From IMG/VR virus record IMGVR_UViG_3300042878_000903, positions 32,001 to 96,000 of that record: DNA of 64,000 nucleotides; one strand, written 5' to 3'. Shown one piece after another: positions 57,918 through 64,000 of this stretch (position 1 is the first letter of the stretch; each line of letters begins with the position of its first letter). Both the position numbers and the translations under genes were made by a program. The notes beneath the pieces are model-generated. The model searched no databases, was not told the origin of the DNA, and saw only the letters and a program-made list of their open reading frames with translations. This DNA is from a virus.

Positions 57918-60110
57918 TTATGCTATGGCTATAGTAGAATTAACAATAAACCAAGGTTCTGGGGAAGTTCTAATATCATAAACCTTTGAATCAAAATCAT
58001 CTACTTCAATTGATTCTACTACAATATTTGAGACTGACCCGCTTGAATCTACATTTATAATTACATCCCCAATATTAATATCTCCAGCATTTCTATATTC
58101 TATTCCTTCTGAATTTTTAATAAATATAGGCTGATTAATAGAATAGTTTTTACCAATTTTATTAAATCCAATTAATGTTGAAGTTTTTTCTGTTATAGAA
58201 ACAACCTTTACATTTGAAAATTCAATAACGGATGGTAATTCCTGTGATGTCTTATTTTGAGATACAGAATTAAGGTTTATGTTTGAACGGCTAATCGATA
58301 TAAGGTCATCTCCAACAAAAATATCTTTTGCTTTTACTAAACCATTTTTAGTAAAGACAAGTCCGTCTGGTGATATACAGGCTTTACCTCCCTTAAATGA
58401 TGGTGGGAAGAACGGTGGAACGTTTGGTTCAAAAATTGGTGGGAAGAACGGTGGTATGCCACCATCGACTCCAAAACTTGGTGGGAAGAACGGTGGGAAG
58501 AACGGTGGGAAGAACGGTGGTGCAAAAACTGGTGCTGGGTCAGTTGATTGACATGCTGGATAACTTGTCCCAAACGAACACTGACGAGAGTAGCCGCTAC
58601 CAGATGCGGACGTGTCGGAACCAGGTTTTGTGTAGCTGCAATTACCTACGCCAGCTCCAGGACTAGAGGTTGTACAATGCCATTCGCTTTGTATGCCTAT
58701 TGGTGCGGGATCTGTTGATTGGCATGCTGGATATGTTCCAGTGTTGTTGTATATACACTGACGAGAGTAGCCGCTACCAGATCCTGAATTATCAAAACCA
58801 GGGGCTGTGTAACTACAGTTACCTACGCCAGCACCTGGAGAAGAGGTTGTGCAATACCATTGAGAAGCTGGTGCTGGGTTAGTTGATTGACATGCTGGAT
58901 AAGTTGTTCCAAATGTGCACTGACGAGAGTAGCCGCTACCAGATGCGGAGTTATCAAAACCAGGGTCAGTATAACTACAGTTGCCTACGCCACCGCCGTT
59001 GGTAGAGGTTGTGCATTTCCATGTGTTTGGTGCTGGAGGATATGTTATGGTTACGGCTGGAGAAGAAAGCCAGGCGGTCTCTGTAAATCTTGGAGATGTT
59101 CCTATAATTAATACTACAAAAGATCCAAATGTATCTGGAGAAGCACCAGGTCGATCTATGTCTAAGAAATTAGTGCTAGGACTTGAAGATGCAGAGCTTG
59201 CATATACTGAACCATCATTGTACACTGTCCAACTAGTTACAGTTATGTTTGTAGCAGACCAAACCAATTTTCCTCCGTAACTGTAAGAAAGCATTCCTGC
59301 TGCAACTGAAGGTTTGTTTGGCTTTAAATCGGTAACCGATGCATTTTTGCCGTATCCGCTTAATGACGTTCCAGAAACATTGGATGTATTCAATGGATTA
59401 ATTAATATTCCTAAAGTTCCTGAAGCGGATCCTGTGTCAATTGTAAATTTACATGTAGTACCTGATGTAGAATATACACCTTTTGCAGAATCTGTATTAT
59501 TTACCATACTAGTAACTTCTGTAAATGCTACTTCTGGTCCTTGGTATTGTATATAATAATCATTAGCGCCTTTTACTTTTTCCCATGTAAACTCTACTAC
59601 GCCATTTGACACAACATTAACAGTTATATCTCCTAAATTAGCGGGAGCAATTACTGGACTTGATAAGGTATATATATCTCCTGAATTTTTACCATCTGCA
59701 TTAGTAGCCGAAACTTTACACCTAACCGCATAGCCAACATATTTTAATGTTTGTTGAGAATCCCATTCGTCTTCAGATAATGCCAAAGAGCTTGTTGTTT
59801 TATCAAGTATGTTAGACCAATTAGATGTAGGATATGGAGCTTTTTGCCATTGATATTCAAATGTTGTTGGTGAATTTTCCCAAGTACCATTTGTTGTTAA
59901 AACTGTTTGTTCTGCAGCATAAAGAAATGATGAACCTTGCAAAGAAAGAGTTGGCAAAACTGTATTGACTGGAACTATTCCTAGTAGATTTTTCCACTCA
60001 GACCCATTCCAAACATAAGCCGCCTTAGAATCGTTCCAAGATGTTCCATCATGGATTTGAATCTTTTTTAAAGGATTCCAACTGGAACCATCAAAAATGT
60101 TTAGCGGCAT
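57918..60110 (-). CDS. Virion protein: Ig/FN3-like domains + three Cys-rich repeats + PPFF tract + C-terminal Hint domain
   Basis: DG.SW N-terminus; P.NT..P...GTW..P..F.YQW Ig-like domain; repeats; Hint CISPDG...VYDI...FIVN. Confidence 0.85.
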   Translation of the reverse strand: MPLNIFDGSSWNPLKKIQIHDGTSWNDSKAAYVWNGSEWKNLLGIVPVNTVLPTLSLQGSSFLYAAEQTVLTTNGTWENSPTTFEYQWQKAPYPTSNWSNILDKTTSSLALSEDEWDSQQTLKYVGYAVRCKVSATNADGKNSGDIYTLSSPVIAPANLGDITVNVVSNGVVEFTWEKVKGANDYYIQYQGPEVAFTEVTSMVNNTDSAKGVYSTSGTTCKFTIDTGSASGTLGILINPLNTSNVSGTSLSGYGKNASVTDLKPNKPSVAAGMLSYSYGGKLVWSATNITVTSWTVYNDGSVYASSASSSPSTNFLDIDRPGASPDTFGSFVVLIIGTSPRFTETAWLSSPAVTITYPPAPNTWKCTTSTNGGGVGNCSYTDPGFDNSASGSGYSRQCTFGTTYPACQSTNPAPASQWYCTTSSPGAGVGNCSYTAPGFDNSGSGSGYSRQCIYNNTGTYPACQSTDPAPIGIQSEWHCTTSSPGAGVGNCSYTKPGSDTSASGSGYSRQCSFGTSYPACQSTDPAPVFAPPFFPPFFPPFFPPSFGVDGGIPPFFPPIFEPNVPPFFPPSFKGGKACISPDGLVFTKNGLVKAKDIFVGDDLISISRSNINLNSVSQNKTSQELPSVIEFSNVKVVSITEKTSTLIGFNKIGKNYSINQPIFIKNSEGIEYRNAGDINIGDVIINVDSSGSVSNIVVESIEVDDFDSKVYDIRTSPEPWFIVNSTIAIA
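58530..59021. repeat. Three roughly 54-59-aa four-cysteine repeats
   Basis: Exact 27-mer cactgacgagagtagccgctaccagat at 58579, 58756 and 58918. Confidence 0.9.
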
Positions 60111-60120
60111 TTCAGGCTCC

Positions 60121-61614
60121 TTAGTATTGTATGTAAATATCTCCAGCAGAATTACCGCTTGCAGGTGGTGTTAAGCTTGTGCTATATGTAATTTTATTTA
60201 TGTTAGCAGAAGAGCTTCCGTTAGTATATGTTCCGTTAATATTATTAGATGCAGCAGTGGTGGCAGCTGTAATAGATGATGTGATGGCTGATGGAATTGC
60301 AGACTCTAGTATTTTACCGTTTGAATCTAGCCCAGCATATCCATTATTTTCATTTCTTTCAGATTCTGGCTGGTACCCGCCTAATGAGTTATCAATACTA
60401 TTTTTGGCTGTATCAGTATATGCTTTTGCTTCGGTTAAAGCGGCTGTAAGATTGGCAGAAGTTGCATATCCAGGAATTACTGGAGTTCCAGTAAATGTCG
60501 GCGAAGCAATTGGAGCATAAGTTGTTGCTGCCAAGTCAGAAGACAATTTTGTTCCAACCAAAGTTGTTAATGTTGATGCACCAGTTTGATCTGATGCAAT
60601 ATAATCTGCAATTTCTTTAAGTGTATCAAATGAAGCTGGTGCCGCATTTACAACATTTGCTATTGCTGCAGAAATATCTGATGTTCTTGCTATGGAAGAT
60701 GGAATCAGTGATAGTGGTATTAAAGCAGAAGCATCTAGTCCAGCTACGCCATTTAACATATTCCTATCTGACACTGGAATATATGCGCTAGAAATTTCTG
60801 TTCTTAAATCATCTACAGCTGAAAGAGCAGCATTTAAAGAAGCAGTACGTGCAGCATTTGTTGCTGTAACAGCTCTTGCATTTGTAAAGTATAAATTAGT
60901 TCCTTCTGGTAATTGAGTTGTTGATGTAATTGGAGAAGGTACTGTAAAATTAGCTAATGAAGAGTCAACATAACTTCTGGTAGTAGTAATTAATGGGTCT
61001 ACTATTGCTGATACTCTATTTGTTGTAAAATATAGGTTTGTTCCTTCTTCTATGTCTGAAGTAGTAATAAGATTAATTGCCGTGTTTATTTTTGTATCTG
61101 CAATTTGTCCCGCTAAAGTTACTGCGTTTGTAGATTTTGTTGTTGCATCTGCCGCTGCGGTAGTAATTGCTTCTTGGAATTTTGATGTTGTGTGTAAATT
61201 AGCTGAACTTAAAGCTTGTGCTGCAGATCCGTAAACATCAAAATATCCGTCTCCTGCAGTCCTTGCTCTTGCATTAGTAAAAAATAAATTTGTTCCTTCT
61301 AAAAGACTTGATGTTGTAAATGGACCAGAATTATTTATAGCATTTTGAATTGCCGTAGCGGCTTCTGTGTCTAAAGAAATTTGATCTGGTAATTGTGATA
61401 AAGGTATTTTGCCGTCAGAATTTAATGTAGCAATTCCATTTGCTTGTCCTGGTTTAAATGCATAGTTTGTAAGAAGATTCCATCTTTGGGTTCCGTTACC
61501 TATTTTAAATTTAAGAGTATCAGTTTCTATTCCTATTTCACCGTTTAAAAGAAGTGGATTGTTCGCTGTCCAATTTGCTGCGGTGTCTCTTCTTAATTGA
61601 ATTTTAAATGCCAT
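60121..61614 (-). CDS. Fibre protein with Mtd/hyaluronidase-like N-terminus
   Basis: KIQLRRDTAANW...NPLL..GEIGIETDT; EGTNL(Y/F)FT x3; NG.A.L...K/LI repeats; ends GDIYIQY. Confidence 0.8.
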   Translation of the reverse strand: MAFKIQLRRDTAANWTANNPLLLNGEIGIETDTLKFKIGNGTQRWNLLTNYAFKPGQANGIATLNSDGKIPLSQLPDQISLDTEAATAIQNAINNSGPFTTSSLLEGTNLFFTNARARTAGDGYFDVYGSAAQALSSANLHTTSKFQEAITTAAADATTKSTNAVTLAGQIADTKINTAINLITTSDIEEGTNLYFTTNRVSAIVDPLITTTRSYVDSSLANFTVPSPITSTTQLPEGTNLYFTNARAVTATNAARTASLNAALSAVDDLRTEISSAYIPVSDRNMLNGVAGLDASALIPLSLIPSSIARTSDISAAIANVVNAAPASFDTLKEIADYIASDQTGASTLTTLVGTKLSSDLAATTYAPIASPTFTGTPVIPGYATSANLTAALTEAKAYTDTAKNSIDNSLGGYQPESERNENNGYAGLDSNGKILESAIPSAITSSITAATTAASNNINGTYTNGSSSANINKITYSTSLTPPASGNSAGDIYIQY

Positions 61615-62069
61615 TATGAATTACCTCCATCTAGTGATGGTGCGGCAAAGTCTTCTGACCCACCGCCACCTAAAGTTTCTTCTTCTGTTACTGCTGTTCC
61701 ATCAAATAATCCTGCGTCAAATAATGTTTCATCAACAAATGAAGGCTCATTTAAATTACTCATTGGGTTTCCTCCATCGTATCCTATAATTTGTGGTAAA
61801 ACTGTTGCTGGTGTATCGGGATTAGATAATGATTTAAAATCAACTTGATTTTGAATATCAATCGTATGCACATCTCCATCAAACGTGTGTGTATGCATAT
61901 AAAATGGAGTTGGATCTGTACTTGGTGGTGTTAATTCTATCCATGTAGTTCCATTGTGAACACGTAAATTTTTAGTTACGGTATTAATGTATATTTCGCC
62001 GACTTGTCCAAATACTGGGTCTGCTGACAGGGCCAGAAGTTTAAGTGGTACCAGCATCTGTCTTGACAT
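61614..62069 (-). CDS. Virion structural protein (DGG motifs)
   Basis: GEIYINT....LRV.NG..W; acidic DGG-containing tail. Confidence 0.65.
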   Translation of the reverse strand: MSRQMLVPLKLLALSADPVFGQVGEIYINTVTKNLRVHNGTTWIELTPPSTDPTPFYMHTHTFDGDVHTIDIQNQVDFKSLSNPDTPATVLPQIIGYDGGNPMSNLNEPSFVDETLFDAGLFDGTAVTEEETLGGGGSEDFAAPSLDGGNS

Positions 62070-62071
62070 TA

Positions 62072-63043
62072 TTAACCTACTACAACTACTCTATATTCTC
62101 CAGCAGTTGGTGCGGAAGCAAAGTTAACAACTACAGCATTTGCATTTGATCTTTGAACATCTGCTTCTACCTGAGCAAACGGTGTGGCCGCTTCAAATAT
62201 TTGAACGGTTACGTCTGTTGTTCCAAGATTGTGTGTTATTGTATAAGACGTTGCTGATGCGCCAAGTGTTTCTGAATATTTTCTAGCAATTGCATGATAA
62301 TTTGTGCCGTTATTTGTTAATGTCCATGTATCAGATATTTCATTCCATAGAATTTCTGTATCTATTGAAGTTCCACGTTCTACAACAATTCCTGCATCTG
62401 TTGTAGGTGTTCCAGTAAATCCGCTATTAAGTTTTACTTTATTATCTTCAATGTTAATCTGTGTAGTGTTTACAGAGTTAACAGTTCCAATAACATTTAA
62501 GTTTCCGCCAACTTGTAAGTTACCAGTAATTTCGACATTGTCTGGTAAACCAATTGTTACTGCAGCATTATGTCCACTATTTGGAGAAACTGTAACTTCA
62601 TTTGCTGTTCCAACAATAGTTGCTACATAGTCACCTGTTGTTTGCGTATCTAATGGTATAACTAGATTTGTATCGCTTGCTGATGTTAAACGACCCTGTT
62701 GATCTACCGTAAATGTTGGTACTTTTGTAATTGATCCATATGTTCCAGCTGTTACTGCAGTATCATCTAAATCTATTGTTGTTATATTTGTTGTGTCGTT
62801 AAATGATTTTGTTAAGCCAACTCCGCCTTCTACGTAAGACCCTATTGCATCGGTAATTACTTCTAGCGAACCAGAAGCTGGGATCCAAGAAGATCCATTA
62901 TAGAAGTATAATGTGTTGTCTGCTGTATTAAAATAAATTTGACCTGATACTGGGTTGCTTGGTGCTGCGCCTAAGTTTTGAATTCTAGCATTGAGCAACT
63001 CATTTTTGTTGAGATCAATACTAACTAAAAATTTTCTTGCCAT
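62072..63043 (-). CDS. Virion fibre/collar-like protein
   Basis: NELLNARIQNL..AP..P..GQIYFNT; TVDQQGRLT; ITHNLGT. Confidence 0.7.
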   Translation of the reverse strand: MARKFLVSIDLNKNELLNARIQNLGAAPSNPVSGQIYFNTADNTLYFYNGSSWIPASGSLEVITDAIGSYVEGGVGLTKSFNDTTNITTIDLDDTAVTAGTYGSITKVPTFTVDQQGRLTSASDTNLVIPLDTQTTGDYVATIVGTANEVTVSPNSGHNAAVTIGLPDNVEITGNLQVGGNLNVIGTVNSVNTTQINIEDNKVKLNSGFTGTPTTDAGIVVERGTSIDTEILWNEISDTWTLTNNGTNYHAIARKYSETLGASATSYTITHNLGTTDVTVQIFEAATPFAQVEADVQRSNANAVVVNFASAPTAGEYRVVVVG

Positions 63044-63059
63044 TTTTTTTATCTCCTTT

Positions 63060-63497
63060 TTAGGACAGGTATGCTGTCCCCGAAAATGGCTGGGCCATTG
63101 TCAATGTTAGTCTACTAGTACTATTATAGTCTATACCTGTTTCCAGTATATCACCTGAGCTTGATTTAACAGATACGTTTGGGTGGAAAAGCAAATTGTG
63201 GTTTATTACTACTGAATACACCCCATTTACTGGCCCAGTTAATTGGGCTAGCTCCCAAGAATACATGAAAGATACCTGTTTATCTAAAACAAAGCTTTTT
63301 TCTACATTCCAGGTATTTGATGTAGGGGATTTTGGTCCCCAAAATCTTGTTGTTAAGGTATCAAAATAAAAATCTCCAGGTACGCCTAAAGAATTGGCTG
63401 GATTACCTTCTCCACTAATTATTGTTCTTCCAGGAGAGCCTGAAGCTCTTACTACTACTAAGGGGTTATTTTCGGTAACAATTAGGCGGGTTGCCAT
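63060..63497 (-). CDS. Virion structural protein
   Basis: G..GDFYFD......WGPK; HNL..P.V...FSGTAYLS. Confidence 0.65.
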   Translation of the reverse strand: MATRLIVTENNPLVVVRASGSPGRTIISGEGNPANSLGVPGDFYFDTLTTRFWGPKSPTSNTWNVEKSFVLDKQVSFMYSWELAQLTGPVNGVYSVVINHNLLFHPNVSVKSSSGDILETGIDYNSTSRLTLTMAQPFSGTAYLS

Positions 63498-63841
63498 TAT
63501 AGTGTTACCGCCCTATTTAATGTTAAATATCCTTCTAATAATCTTGTTACATTTACACTAGGGTCAACTAAAACTAAATCATAAGCAGATTTTGGATAAA
63601 AAAGTTTTTTTGTTCTATCTGCTGAAATAGAAACTGAAAGTTTTCCAAGTGAGGGTGTTATTGTTATTCCATCTATTTCTGAAAGACTAAAGGCTAATTT
63701 TTTTCCACCTTGGGTATCTCTTACTTGCATTTTTGCTGTGTGGTGATTTAATTGTATGGGCTGATTATCTTCGTCAAGATATTGCAACTCAAAAGTAAAC
63801 GTTGCGTTTTCGTCTACCTGAAAATTTTTTTGAGCTGCCAT
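63497..63841 (-). CDS. BppU-like/adaptor virion protein
   Basis: ATF...AKMQVR...YDL...RLLEG pattern. Confidence 0.6.
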   Translation of the reverse strand: MAAQKNFQVDENATFTFELQYLDEDNQPIQLNHHTAKMQVRDTQGGKKLAFSLSEIDGITITPSLGKLSVSISADRTKKLFYPKSAYDLVLVDPSVNVTRLLEGYLTLNRAVTL

Positions 63842-63852
63842 TTTTTACCCCT

Positions 63853-63892
63853 AAAAAGAAAATACCCTTACACTATTTTAGCATAAGGGCAT
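63853..63892 (-). terminator. Terminator hairpin after the holin-like gene, with extended -10 TGCTAAAAT in its apex
   Basis: ATGCCCTTATGCTA-AAA-TAGTGTAAGGGTAT followed by TTTCTTTTT. Confidence 0.65.
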
Positions 63893-63909
63893 TCCCAATT
63901 GACTAATAA

Positions 63910-64000
63910 TTATTTAGCCACAAATCCGAATTCTTTGTTGCTTGGGCTTAGGGCCTTTAAAATTACTGGGGCAACTGCTGCTGCTCCAGCTGCAATTAAA
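63910..64000 (-). CDS. 3' end of a holin-like membrane protein (partial)
   Basis: LIAAGAAAVAPVILKALSPSNKEFGFVAK*; resembles actinophage holin C-termini. Confidence 0.5.
   Translation of the reverse strand, partial: LIAAGAAAVAPVILKALSPSNKEFGFVAK

Noticed and set aside
51871-58379. Hint domains as true inteins or mobile elements
   Set aside because: They are C-terminal, with no C-extein, no His-Asn and no homing endonuclease.
51868-60110. Diversity-generating retroelement suggested by Mtd-like N-termini and paired similar C-termini
   Set aside because: No reverse transcriptase in the window; both Hint copies are coding and broadly diverged rather than adenine-specific template/variable repeats.
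1272-62630. Plus-strand ORFs and nested out-of-frame minus-strand ORFs in the track
   Set aside because: They are shadows of well-supported minus-strand genes and have no recognisable motifs.
1-64000. Stop-codon reassignment
   Set aside because: Genes are full length and tightly packed under the standard code, using TAA, TAG and TGA as stops.

Overview
This window is a 64-kb internal segment of a large, low-GC, long-tailed (siphovirus-type) dsDNA phage. Essentially every real gene is on the minus strand. Gene content and order (DnaE polymerase, RecA, DnaB, primase, Cas4-like nuclease, RuvC, HK97 capsid, TP901-type tape measure) resemble my recollection of the large Streptomyces BE/BK-like phages and uncultured freshwater actinophages. 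At least seven promoters with the -10 box exactly 7 nt before the ATG (leaderless mRNAs) also point to an actinobacterial host (inference). Order along the minus strand: holin-like end (64.0 kb); a block of fibre/decoration genes (63.8-51.9 kb); five 2OG-Fe(II) oxygenases plus a DUF6065-like gene (51.8-47.4 kb); collagen-like fibre and LamG protein; portal, protease/scaffold, capsid, neck and major tail; a -1 frameshifted tail chaperone; tape measure and tail tip (44-19.5 kb); replication/recombination genes (19.4-3.9 kb), including a possible B12 module; terminase; two tRNAs; a degenerate Dps-like gene; and a TylF-like methyltransferase. The most notable candidate system is two unrelated probable virion proteins that both end in a Pro-Pro-(Gly)-Phe-Phe repeat tract fused directly to paralogous, non-canonical 153-aa Hint domains. 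One of them sits next to the prolyl-hydroxylase-like oxygenase cluster, suggesting phage-encoded post-translational modification and autoprocessing of virion appendages. All family assignments come from motifs read by eye; no searches were run.
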